DNA from: Camelus dromedarius
Taxonomy: Eukaryota
Direction of reading: 5' to 3'
Length of the DNA: 64,000 nucleotides
Assembly (NCBI RefSeq): GCF_036321535.1
Contig: NC_087437.1
Coordinates: forward strand, 41,170,001-41,234,000
A program made the translations under genes and the position numbers. The notes beneath the pieces are model-generated. The model did no database searches, had not been told where the DNA came from, and worked only from the letters and a program-made list of their open reading frames with translations. Of the stretch, positions 1 to 12,090 are shown piece by piece; the stretch's first letter is position 1; each line of letters opens with the position of its first letter.

Positions 1-882
1 AACCAACCTACCCATTCAGAGCTTCCTGGCCAACTCAGGATCCGTAGGCAGCCCCATGCCTACGCACTGTCTGAATACTCGTGTGTCAAGCTGGTCTTTA
101 TTGCATGTAGAGAGGGGAATGAAAGTTCTAAAAAGGCTTCATGAAGAATTCTGGTCCTGCCTCTCCTCTAGATGCTAGTCACTGTGAGTCTTCACCAGCT
201 CCCCATCACCTCTGAGCTGCAGTTTCCCCAGTGACAGTGGCTAGCTGGGCTTTCCTGGGTAGCAGATAGAGGCACACGAATGGCCTGATGGACATCCCGA
301 GTGCCCATGACTCTGTAGGTTAGTGTAAAAGTGCAGATGTAACTCTCGAATTCCTTCTGCCATCATTCTAAAGACTTAACATGAGCCTCTTGCATGGAGT
401 CCTGTGAAAACAAGCCCACTGTAAACCAGTTTATTAACACAGTGTCTACAGAGAGGGCCACTCCGCACATCTGGGAGGGTAGTGAAGACGCTAAATTACA
501 TCACACATAGAGAGGTTGCAGGAGCTGGTGACATCTAGGCAAGAACACTACCATTGCCTTTAAACATTTCTGGGGCTTATGGGGAAGGCATTTTAGTTTC
601 ATTTGGCATAATCTGTATTAATGCAGGCATATCACAAGGACTTGAATGAACAACAGGATACATTTTCTAACACTCGGAATTGTTCAAACATAGAATAGGC
701 TGCCTCAAGCCTGTAAATGTAAAAGCAGAGATTACACGCTAAACAGATTAAATGACCCTGAGGTGCATTTTGAAAGGGATTCCTGCTTTGAGAAAAGAAT
801 TGGCTTAGATCAATTTTGAGGTCTCTTATATTCCCCAGCCTCCAGGATCCTATAACACTGCTCACTGACTGAAGAAAACAAA

Positions 883-931
883 AGTGAAATGAAAACGATT
901 CGAGTGAAATGAAAACGATTCGATTGAAATG
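883..931. repeat. 20-bp tandem duplication (AGTGAAATGAAAACGATTCG x2 plus a partial third unit)
   Basis: 883-902 is identical to 903-922, followed by attgaaatg. Confidence 0.9.
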
Positions 932-2619
932 TCATGTGAAATAATACTTTCTGCGAAACTATTGTGTCATCATAGTTCTGTGGTTGGGAGAAACAAAGAG
1001 TAATGACTGTGAAACACAAGAGATGTAGACTAGATGTTAAAAAAGAGATTCCACGAAGACTTGGATACTGGAAGGCAGTCTGTAATGCCCACTCCTCACC
1101 CCCGCCATCCACCTAAGCTGCCCTAGATACAACAAGGGCCAGAAACAGCTCAATGCTGGTTTTTTTCCAGTATGAATGCTATAAATATCAAATATTAGCA
1201 TACCCTTCCCATTCCTGGAAAGTCTAGGAAAGGGTCTGAACAAAAGGATTTCAAATATCAGTAGCATTTTAACTTGCAGTACAGGAATTTAAGTCCCATC
1301 TCCTCACCTGGGCAGGAAACCTCTCCCACTACAGGATCCAGGTGACCAGGCAGACTAAACCAGACCTTGCACCCGGGCAAGCATCACCACATATCTTCTG
1401 CCCAAGGTGAGTCTGAAAAGATGAGCAGAGTAGGCACCCCAGCACCTCGACGTCCTGACCCTGGACCCTAACTCTGTGATAGAGAGGAAAACAAGTTGTG
1501 CATTGTCTGGGTCAAGTGATGGAAATTTGTACTGAACTGAACAAAAACAGAAGAGGCCCTCTACATACTTTTTCTCACTATTGATGGACTCCTTCACCTT
1601 AGCTGGGTTTAATCAGATTCCTGGAACTTAGTTATAAATTGTACTTTACCACTGGTCAAAAGCTGAGAGTCGTGTACCTGCCACTTAATTGGCCTGACCA
1701 CGTCCTTTTCATGAAGCTGATAAATGACTCCATTCAGTGGACAAAGTGCTTCTAAGAATATACAGATACTGATTTAGAACCTGGCCGGATCCACACGGCT
1801 ACCTATAAATAGCCAATGGCAGGCAGGGATTCCTCAGAAACCTCTGGTAGGAGGTGACATGTGAGATCCCTGAGGAAGTCAAAGGCTGCAACCCATACTG
1901 TCTTGTGTCACCAAATGGGGGTCTTCATTTGGAAATGGGAATGCATTTCCCGGGATGCCTTCACCAGGTCACCTGATCCACAGTGAAGCAAAATTTGCAA
2001 GGCTAATCATGGGCTTTAATTACTTTCATGTGACAATGTGGTCCAGGCTCCTCCTCAGGACCAGAAACACAAGGGGTCACCACAGGCCAGGGCAGCAGAC
2101 GCAGATGGGATCCTGCAGGGCAGGAGGCGGGAGAGGAGTCCATGATGGCTGGGATGGTCATTACGTAGGGTTCAGAACGTACAGCCATCTGAGTATTTAG
2201 TATTTTTTTACTCTGTTCAGCAACAGGGGCAAGATAAAGGATCAAAAGATAAAGTTGGTATAAGCCCTTGATGCCCTGTGGCCACAAGTGTTCCTGCCTC
2301 TGGTGAGAAGCCAGGGTGGTGCACATTGGTGCCCAGAGCAAGGTGTCTCTGGGCACCCTTTCTGTGCCCATGGGGATGTAGAGGGTGAGCCTGCAGGACA
2401 CTCATGCCCCACTGAGTCTGAATGCTGACTCATATCCAAGATAGATCTGACAGGAAGCCTGAGAACCAGAATCCAAGATGAGCGCCTGCTGGGTGCAGCT
2501 TCTTTGACCTTGCTCAGAAATCCTTAAATTCTCAGCATAAAAGACCACAGAAGCAGAGGCCAGGTGAAGACCGGGGAAGAGCACACTGACTCTGGTTTAC
2601 CAGGTGAGAGGCAGGACAG

Positions 2620-2845
2620 ACGCAGTGACAGTGGTTGGGCTCTGGCGTCCAGTCCCATGGGATTGAAACTGGTTTTGTCTCAAGCTGTGCGACTTTTAGC
2701 AAGTTATAAACCTCTCTGAGACTCAGCTGCTTTATTTTTAGACTGGGGGTTATTGTGAGGATTAAATGAGACAATTCACATGAAGTACTGAACAGAGTAC
2801 CCGCCTATGCTTAAATGCTTCATAACTGTTAGAAATTGCTATTCT
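2620..2845 (+). mobile_element. MIR SINE
   Basis: MIR core aagttataaacctctctgagactcagctgctttattttta...ttgtgaggattaaatgaga. Ends approximate. Confidence 0.75.
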
Positions 2846-3944
2846 AGCAACTTGAAGGAAAAAATATAATGTTTAAATAAATCATACCAAGTAGGAGGGG
2901 AGGAAAACCTAAAAAAAACAAAACAAAACAAAACAATGCAATGCACCCTCTGGAGACTTTATACTGATTTAGGGCCTAGGCTCAAGGGCCAAGAGTTCTA
3001 GTGTTAAAATGAAAAAAAAAAAAAAAGAAGAAAAAGGAAATTCATAGGTGTGTCTGTGTCTGTGTACACATGCACACGTCTGCATTCTCCAGTGCGTTAA
3101 ATGTTTTATGGGATGACAGCGGAGATTTTCTAGGGTTACATGATAAGTGTCTTCAGCCTGAAACTAAGTGTAGCAAGTCCCTATGCAAGGAACCCATTAA
3201 CCAGACAGGGGAAAGGCAAATGGTCAAGATTTCTACGGTGTGATGCTCCAATGAGGTGAGGGCCTTGGGAAGTGCTCTTGGAAGGGAAAAAAAAAAAAAA
3301 AAAAAAAAAAAAACCCACAAGCCAGGAAAAAAGCAGGAAAGGCAGGATAAGGGGCCGAGCCTGAGAGGGCACTGCGTGGCTGGGAGGGAGGTTTGATCAC
3401 AAGTCGGGATTTGTAAGCCTTGGATGCAAACAGCAGAGGCCCTTGGTCCTCGGGAGACCCTACGGACTGAAGGAAATCATGCGGCTCTGGGCTGGGGCCA
3501 GGATGGAGGCTGCAGCTGGCCCTGGGCAGGCAGAAGGAGATGCCACCAAAGTACAGCTGCAAGGACCTGTCTGAGAATTTCAGCTTGTGCCCAGGAGAGT
3601 AACCCGAGGTGATGCGGGCGCCTCCACTTCTACACTCTGTACTTCACTTCTGAGAGCTGGCTCATTAACACCCACACCTGCCTTCACCCTGCCTTTCCTG
3701 CTCCTCTGAAGGCCTCTGCCCCTCAGTGCTAAAGTGCTTCCGTCTATGACAGTGTAATTCTGAGAACAGGGGATGGGAGGTGAACTTCAAACCTTTCATG
3801 TGCTGAGCATTCGTCACATTGCCAACATCCCTGAGTTACATACATTGGAAAGTGCTTCATTTGCCTACTGCTGTTTGCAGACGCTTACAAGGTTCAATTC
3901 TGAGGATCACAGTTCAAGGCTCTGATGACGTATGTACTCTTACT

Positions 3945-4205
3945 GCCTCAAGGCCTGTGTGGACTTTGGGAACAGCGAGACGGTATGAATCCTGGCTTTG
4001 TACCTACTGGCTCTGAGACATGGGACCAATGATTTCCCCTCCCTGAATCTCAGTTTCCTCTTTGTCAAATGGAGATAAGTGCACTTTGTACGAGAGGTAA
4101 TGGATACATACAAAGAGAGGAGCGCAGGTGAGATCCTGGGCAGAAGCAAAGCATCCCACGCAGTATTTGGCACGCAGAAGTCACTCAGGAATTGCTATTG
4201 TTGCT
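3945..4205 (+). mobile_element. MIR SINE
   Basis: Core ccctgaatctcagtttcctctttgtcaaatggagataa. Ends approximate. Confidence 0.7.
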
Positions 4206-4914
4206 GGTCTGCATACTAATATTCCAGGGACATAATGAGGATGGTGGGATTTATTGCAAACTAGAACGGAGGCCCTCACTGATTTAAACCGGAAGGCTGG
4301 ATCTGGATGTACCATTTAAAAAGCAGTCCGCTCCTGGAGTCTGCAATTCACCACCCTCTAACTGCAGTGGCCACCTGACAGAGCAAGTGAATTGCTGTTA
4401 AACTGTTAATGAGAAGCAAGATGGTGTTTGGGAGAACTGTAAAATTACTACCCCATTACTGTGCACTTAGTGAACCTTTCATCTGCCATCCAACTTCCTC
4501 AACAGCTATGGTCTCTCAGTTTCCTAATTGTCTAGAGGCTTTGATTTATCTGGCAGAAGGAAGGAGGCCCTGGACCAAAGTTCTGTGAAGGAGGTTTTAA
4601 TAAACGTCTGAAAGACCACACGAGTGAGAGCCTGGCCCAGGACAAGCCAGGCAGGAAAGTGCGGCTGGCGGTATGGGTTCCCACACAGATGACAGCACGC
4701 CTATTGGTGAAGGCAAGTTTTGCTAGAAAGCTGCAGGACAGGCCCTGGGTACCAAGGCGTGTGTGCAAAGACTTGTGAAATGCTTTCTCCAGTGTTCAGA
4801 AGAATAACCAAGGAGTAGTGATAGTCAGTCCCTGTTTTTCCATACTTGGCACTTCACTTCTCTGCCTACTCACTGTGGTCTAGTTAACACCTATATTTCA
4901 CCTCTCAGACATTG

Positions 4915-5270
4915 ACTCATTTGTACATTAGTTCATTCATTTCATGAATATTTATGAGGCATCTACTGTGTGCTGGGCACTGTTTTAGACACTAACATCT
5001 AAATACATGACGTGGAGATAAGAGATAAAAGAGACAAAAAGAGATACAAAGGGATAAAACCCCCGCCCTCAAGGAGCTTACTTTCTAGTGGGGAGAGACA
5101 GACATGGAAGTATCTATGGATTACGTGTGAAGGTGATAACAGCTATTTGACCTAATAAAGCCTGGCAGAGTGACAGGACATGCAAGAGGGAGGGGCTGCG
5201 ATTTTAAGTGAGGGGGTCAAGGAGGCCTCACTGAGAAGGTGATACCTGAGCAGGACCCGAAGGGGGTGAG
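4915..5270 (-). mobile_element. L2 LINE 3' fragment
   Basis: ttcattcatttcatgaatatttatgaggcatctactgtgtgctgggcactg resembles the reverse of the L2 3' end. Confidence 0.7.
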
Positions 5271-5502
5271 GTCCCCACCAGCTTCTCGGAAGTGACCACA
5301 CCAAGGCCACATCGCCCCAAGCAAGGGAAGTTCCCTGCTCGTAGGTGCACTTGGCCGCATCCTCTTTGTCAGTTCAAGCGCGTGCGCTCCATACAGGCTG
5401 TGGCCCTGACCTTACCGGTGGGATCCGGGCCCACGGCGAACCCCCACGAAGGGACCCCAGCCAGGAACTGAGGGACGCAGAGCGGGCGGAGCGGGTCCTC
5501 AC

Positions 5503-5707
5503 CTCCTCCAGCCGCCGCCGCTGCTCCTTCTGCTCCTCGATGCGCTTCTGGCGCTCGGCCAGCAGCTGCCGCTTGTGCTCCTCGTTCTCCCGCTGCTGCT
5601 GCTCCAGCTGCTGCCGCCGCAGGGCCTCGGAGCGCTCCTTGTTGGCCAGCTGGAGCCTCAGGAAGTCCCGCCGCAGCGTCGACTCCCCGGGCAGGTTCAG
5701 AATGGAG
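5503..5707 (-). CDS. TNIK: TNIK coding exon 12 (205 nt): [68 protein letters not shown]
   Basis: Inside ORF 5374..5805; coiled-coil region. Acceptor cccgcag, donor gtgagg. Confidence 0.97.
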
Positions 5708-6349
5708 CTGCGGGCAGGAGAAAGAGAGATCAGGCACCCGCGCGGGGCAGGGCCCTCGCTACCGAGGGTCCCCAGGAAGCAGAGCAGGGATGAGACCTCA
5801 CCCACCTGCGGGGAAAGGCCACACGCTCAAGCCTGGGGTCTCAGATCCTCCGTTAACTCCACCTCTCACCCCACCACCCCGCGAAAGAGAGTCCAGGTAA
5901 GAGCCACGTGTTCAGCCTCCCCACCAGTGTGACTGCTGCATGCATGTGCTGTCTCCATCCCCACAGAGATGTCACATTCCTGGAGTCAGTGCTCCATCCC
6001 GGTTCTCTCCCGACGGTCCGCACTGTTCCCTCACCCTTGGGACCTCTGTGGCAAAGATCTGTTTCTAAGGACTTTAGTGAGTATGCAAGCGCTGAGCTCC
6101 AGACCAACTTATTTTCACTTTTAAGAAAGTCAAGAACTAAGCTAACAAATAAAAATGAACAATTGGGAGCAGCAAAGGAGGCTGTTCTACTAAGTCGGGT
6201 CTAGTGTTCACACCCACATCACCTCCTACAACAGCTCAGGCTACAGACTCCTTGGTTCTGCCCAGCAGCCCAGCAAGAAGGCGGGAAGTGGCTCCTGCTT
6301 GTTCATGTTGACTTAGCCCTTTTAATCTTCCTGGCAGCTTCCACCTGAA

Positions 6350-7160
6350 ATACATCCACTAAATAATTATTGAGTACCCACTATGTGTCAGGCACTATTA
6401 CAGGCTCTAGCGGGCATAGCTGTAGCTAAACAAATTCTCTCTCGAGTTATTTTCTTGTGGGGAAGTGAGACAGACAAATAATTAGACAGGCAAATCATTA
6501 CAAATAATGTAACTTCAGATATTAATAGTCTACAGAAGACAAAAATTAGTGTAATAGTTTAAGAGTGACAGTGGCAGGGCGCTGAGATAAGGATGAAGGG
6601 TCCTGCTTTAGATGGGGTGGTCAGGGAAGACCTCTCGGAGAAGGTGACAGCTGGGCTAAGCCCCAAATGACGCAGAGTCAGTCACAGGAAGAGGCAGGGG
6701 AAGAGCCTTCCACGCAGAAAGGAAGGCAAGTTTAGGGGGTCTGTTGTGGGAACAGACGTGGCCTTTTTGAGGGACTGAGCCCCAGGTGGTCTTCCCAGTG
6801 GCACAGGAGGAGGTCAGGATAGCGCGGGGAGGGCAAAGCGTGTGGCCGTGGGAGCCACGCATGGAAAGCTTATTAGCAGGAGAGCAACATGATCAGATTT
6901 GTTTGGCCGCTGCATAGATGATATTCTGCAGGGGGTACCAGGGCAAGCAAGGCCACCAGCTTGGCTGCTACTGCAGGGACTGGCCAGGTGGGGATGGAGG
7001 CTGGGAAAAGCATCTGGGGCAAAGTTAATGAAACCTATTGAGGCATCAAATGTGTGGAGTGAGGGATGACTTGCAGGTTTTTCCTTGGCATCTGGGCTAT
7101 GGTGGTGATGCAAACTGGGATGGGGAATGACTGGGGAGGAGCAGGTTTGGTGGTTGAGCC
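6350..7160 (-). mobile_element. L2 LINE fragment
   Basis: aattattgagtacccactatgtgtcaggcact...ggtggtcagggaagacctctcggagaaggtgaca. Ends approximate. Confidence 0.7.
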
Positions 7161-8993
7161 GGGAATTATTCTGTCTTAGAGAGTGGATAGTGTGCTATGT
7201 GAGATACTGCTTCAAAATGACATAAAAGGCTCCATTCGTAGACCGTGTTTGGATTCTACTAATGAGCCTCCTTTGAAACCTACAGCCTTTGTGTAGAACT
7301 CTACACCACCCCCAACGGCAGGCTCACCTACTCAGGCCACGTGCTCTGTGCAATGAGGTGGTGGGGCTCAGGGAACCCAGCCTCACATGCGCACAAGGAT
7401 GCGCCATTAATATTAACTGATGTTGAATCAGTGTCAGGAGACCTGAGCTGTATTAGTGACTCAATCATTAACTTGATGTGTGACTTGGTAGCCACTGTTG
7501 GGCTGTTATCCCATTTCAAAAATGAGATAACCGCTGTCCCTTTTTACCTTTCAGGATTTCGAAAAGATTAATTAAATGTGTACATAAAACAGGACTTGGA
7601 ACATAGTCTTCAATGTGATATGATGACATGTTACAATCAGAGAAGTACTAAAGGATGGCTAGGTCACCCACTAAGTGACTCCTAACATGTGGTTTAGCAA
7701 GTGTTAGTTAAGACGAGGTTCTCAGTTCCACATAGAAGGGCTGACACGACTGTCAGGTGAGCTTTGGATAGATGGCATACAACTGCTCAGAAAGTAGGGC
7801 ATTTGGTCCTCTCCCTTACAAGAATGTTCATTTTCCATGTCACTCCTTGGCAGTCATCATCTTTATGCAGCTAAACTGGGGGTGGTGACATGTTAAGTAT
7901 CCAGATGGAAGGAAAGCATTCTCCTTGTCTTTGACCTTGAAAATTTCTGTAGCAGGTGAAGAGAGAAAAACTGATGGTCCTGTAAGCCCAGTGCCAGCCT
8001 CTTCCAGTAGTTTTAGCAATAATCCAGCCTGGTGGGTCTGAATTAGCCCAGAAAAAGAACACACTAGCTCGTTCTAGCAGCGTGGCTGAGCTGGCCCTTT
8101 CCCTGGTTCCGAAGCTCTGCCCAGTGGTACAGGAACTGTTCCTTCATGAGTATAGGGGTCCTCTCCTTAGATGGCTAGAAGATGGGGACCCGCATACCCC
8201 AGGGACCCTCCTGCTTTGTCCATTTTTTCCAACAGCTCTCACTTTGTATGTACAGTGTACCCAGAGTGGTGTGTAGGCCTGTGCCCCTGGACTCACCAAG
8301 CTGCTGTCAGCTGAATGCTCTTACAAAAGGGAAATCCTGGCAGTGTGGGCACACTGGCATTAATTATTTATAAACACAGACCAGGAGAAAGTCAGTGTCA
8401 AAGTCAAGTGAAATTCAAAACGTAGGGATGATCATAAAGCAGCACTCGGTTCTGGGGTCCAACATGTGACAACAGGAGTGGGCCTGGGAGCTTCTATTTA
8501 GGGTTCACCTCTAGAGTGTAATCTGATTTCCTGGAAATTGTTTCCTCTTGGATTAGGCTGTGGTGAAAATACCATGGCATGTGACAAGGACAGTGGCTGC
8601 CTAAATGTCTCCAAGGTATGAAGTAATGGATTGGACTGAATAACTCAAGCCCCAAAGTACCACTTAGGTCTCCAGAAAGTGGCAGTTTTAGGTACTGTTA
8701 GACCTGTATTACCCAGATAATTGCCTGCTACCCACTCTACACATTACATACATGAGAAAACCAGGAAATAAATCTTGGAAAACCCCATAAAGAATGTGCT
8801 GATTTCCATGTTCTCTTAAAAATCTGCCTAGGGAAATTTTCCCAAATTAATAAGTATGCTTCTGGACAATAAATTAAATCAGATCACTCTGCTGGATTCT
8901 TAAAAATGAACCTATAAATCAAAAGGATGTGAATTCCACACAACCACAATTCAGAATGTGCGAAGGAGAAGCCGGCCTTGCTCGCTCTCCTAC

Positions 8994-9060
8994 CTGGGCT
9001 CTCCTGAGTCGTTCTCCTCCTCTTCCTCCTCACTCCCGCTGTACTCATACTCCGTCTCAT
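8994..9060 (-). CDS. TNIK: TNIK coding exon 11 (67 nt): (D)ETEYEYSGSEEEEEENDSGEP(S)
   Basis: Translated by hand; acidic linker. Acceptor ctctctttag, donor gtagga. Confidence 0.96.
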
Positions 9061-9663
9061 CTAAAGAGAGACTCACAGAATGTTAGTGCACAGAAAGGTG
9101 CCACAGCTCAGTAAAGCCACCCCTCATTTTACATACAAGTAAACCGAAGCCCAAAGAGTTGGTCTTCATGCTGACTTAGGACAAGCTCCAGGCCTCCTGA
9201 CTTGTGATCCAATAGTTCCCACCAGCTCGATTCAAGCATGTGGAATTAACATCCAAGACCGTCCCACCTGACTCTGTAGAGATCGCTCCCTGATGCGCAG
9301 CATTCACATGAAGGCAAGGAACTAAAAAATAACTCTTCGGTTTGTATTAATGTCCATTATAGGGCCACATAAATCAATCTTTTATTGGCCCACTGTTAAC
9401 TTATTAACAGTATGAATCACTTTTTAAGTAGGACTTTTTTCATGACTCAGACGGACTCAGAAATTGCCTTTAGATATCTAACAGAAAGAAAGTTTTGACA
9501 ACACATGTTATTAAAAACATAGGATTAAATGTGTTTTGATTGACCCACAGGGGACATTCATTTAACTCACTAGTATGTTAAGCAAGTTAACATGCAATAA
9601 TGAGTAAGACTGAGTCTTTGCTTTGGAGGAGATTAGAATCTAATGGGCAGATATACAAGTAAA

Positions 9664-9800
9664 GCGGGAGGGTATAGCTCAGTGGTAGAGCATGTGCTTA
9701 GCATGCAGGAAGTTCTGGGTTCAATCCCCAGTGCCTTCATTAAATAAATAAATAAATAACCCTAATTACCTCCCCCACACCAAAAAAAAGAAAAAAAAAA
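9664..9800 (+). mobile_element. tRNA-Ala-derived SINE (Vic-1-like, camelid), long form
   Basis: A box tagctcagtgg, B box ggttcaatccc, tRNA-Ala(AGC)-like body, (taaa)n spacer, ccctaattacctcccc segment and A tail. Confidence 0.9.
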
Positions 9801-10054
9801 CTGTCCTTGGGGGTGGGAAGGGACAGACTGGGAGTTCAAGATTTATAGATACTGACAGGGTATATATAGAATAGATAAACAAGTTTATACTGTATAACAC
9901 GGGGAAATAATATTCAAGATCTTGTAGTAGCTCACGGTAAAAAAGAATATGAAAACAAATATATGTATATTCATGTATGACTGAAAAATTGTGTTGTACA
10001 CCAGAAATTGACACAATATTGTAAACTGACTATAACTCAAAAAAAAAAAAAAAA
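9801..10054 (+). mobile_element. 5'-truncated young L1 3' UTR with poly(A)
   Basis: Closely similar to the L1 3' end at about 36275-36510 in this window; ends in a pure A run. Confidence 0.88.
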
Positions 10055-10094
10055 AGATATACAAGTGAATATTCAGGGTCTACACGATTAGGAA

Positions 10095-10335
10095 GAAAGA
10101 GAACTAATCTTATCGGGTATCGCCCATGCCAGTCACTATGCCATACACTTATGTTCTCTCATTTACTTCTCATAACAATCCTTTAACATAATGCCCATTT
10201 TCCAAGCGAAGATACTGAGATTACACATGGTTAAGTAATATGACCAATGTCATCTCAACAAATCTGAGATTTGGATTTAGAATTCAATCCAGAATTTTTC
10301 CAACTTTAAAATTAGTGCTCATTTTCACATATTAT
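10095..10335 (-). mobile_element. MIR SINE
   Basis: cccattttccaagcgaagatactgagattacacatggttaagtaa (reverse MIR core). Confidence 0.65.
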
Positions 10336-10826
10336 ATACTAAATACAAGTACATAAAAAGAGCAATGAGATATTAGAGAAAGGAGCAGCTCAGTCCACGG
10401 GTTATGATAGGGGAGGGGAACAGTGACATCTTTGAGGAGGAAATGAGCCAGATCGGAAGGTGAGTAGCCCTTTTCCAGGCAGATGGCAGCTGAACATGGT
10501 GGGAAAGGGACATTCTAAGCAATGCAGCCACCTGAGTAAGGCTGATGATATTACAGTGCATGAATGTTCAGGAAACACTGAGTCGTGAGTGGCTAGATGT
10601 CTGGTGTGAGGAAGCAGATGGAGCGAGAAAGGCCAGCAGGTCTGAGGTGGCTTGCCGATCTTTAGATACACCATGCTGAGGACTTTTCTGTGGGCAATGG
10701 TGAGCCTTTGGAGGAGCTTTTCATTTTAAGCAAGAGACAGTGTCTCAGTGCTGTCATTCCTTCATAGCTGTGGGTTAGTAATTACAACTTTGAAGACATT
10801 GGTGCACCCAGAAAAAAGAACTGAAA

Positions 10827-10860
10827 CTGCAATTTGGTTATGTTACCACCAGGAGGCAGC
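10827..10860 (+). promoter_or_regulatory. Candidate CTCF site with upstream module
   Basis: Core CCACCAGGAGGCAGC at 10846-10860, with CTGCAAT starting 19 nt upstream of the core. Confidence 0.5.
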
Positions 10861-11884
10861 AGTCACATGATGAGAACTGTTGAATTTGATCATAAACATT
10901 TTGCTTTCCACACTATTTAGCCATTAAAAGGATGATGAAAGGAAGCCAAAGCATAATGATTTCAAGTGTACTTCTAAAAATATTTTTTAAAAATTTAAAA
11001 ATTAAAAAAAATAAATATAAAAATTAGCTCCATATATTTAGATATGTATGAAGTTTGCAGGCTACTTATTTTTAAAGTATTATTTCACCAAAATGTAAGT
11101 AACCTTCATAAAGTGTTTCAATACTCCACATTGAAAGCTTAATATTCCAGACTTTTCAGAAATGAATCAACAGAGAGTTCAAAGTAAAATGCAGAAATGT
11201 TATCTATTAAAGTAAATTATAGCAAGGAAAAGCAGCACACAATTAATTATTTCTACTCTCTAGGGTAAGGCCTTCATTTGTCAGGCTTCTCAACTGTATT
11301 ACTTCGCCAGAATCTGGCACGATTGCTTTTATATTACTGGCTTAAATTAGCATGTATCAACATATCTGAAGGAAACAATAATAGCAGATTAAAAAAAAAT
11401 CACAAAGCAGTGCCCAATTAAAATTATTTGAGTCTACCAAAAGCTGGTCTTCGAGCTACAAAGAGAGTGAAAAAGTATTAGAAAGAGCAAATTAAGTCAT
11501 TGAATCAAACTGAGCAGTTGGAATGAGGTCTCATTTGAGCAATACTCTTTCCTGGGGAGCAGACAAAAAAGACGGCAGTGGGTGGCTCTAAGCCTAACAG
11601 AATTAGGTTCCTTCAGTCCCTGTGCAACTCTGGGATATACCTCCTACCAAGAACCTTACTCTTCTACTCTGCAGAGAAGGAGCACACTCAGAATAGTCTG
11701 TTTTCATGGAGTGATGAGTTCAGAATCACATTTTAAGAGTTTGTGCCCCGCCAAATGTGAAAACACCCAAGGTACAAGCTTTACTCATTCTTACAGGTCA
11801 GTGGCAAAGAGGTCACACGATCTCAGAAAATAACCTTGAATAGTACTGAAAAATTATAGGCCAATAAAGAATCGTCTAAATAAG

Positions 11885-12090
11885 AATAGCTTATGTTTAT
11901 TGAGTACATCGATGTGCCAGATGTTGGATGAAGCATTTTACATGCACAATCTCATTTAATCTTTGCAACAATGCCTGCCATACTAATTATTATTGGACCC
12001 CTACTCCCATTTTAAAGCTGAGAAAACTGAGGTGAAGTTCACACAACTATTTAGGGGTAGAAGTAGAGAATTTGAACTGAGAATTGGAGC
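11885..12090 (-). mobile_element. MIR SINE
   Basis: atctcatttaatctttgcaacaa...cccattttaaagctgagaaaactgagg. Confidence 0.7.

Noticed and set aside
883..931. CRISPR-like or other prokaryotic array
   Set aside because: Only a spacer-less tandem duplication in clearly eukaryotic intronic DNA; no repeat-spacer array was seen anywhere in the window.
5345..5932. 195-aa plus-strand ORF, and other ORFs overlapping exon 12
   Set aside because: Antisense shadow of a GC-rich coding exon; GTG start, low-complexity S/R/C composition, no recognisable domain.
9668..9740. Apparent tRNA-Ala(AGC) gene (also at about 23815, 40275 and 51655)
   Set aside because: Disrupted stems, A-rich tails and TSDs show these are tRNA-derived SINEs.
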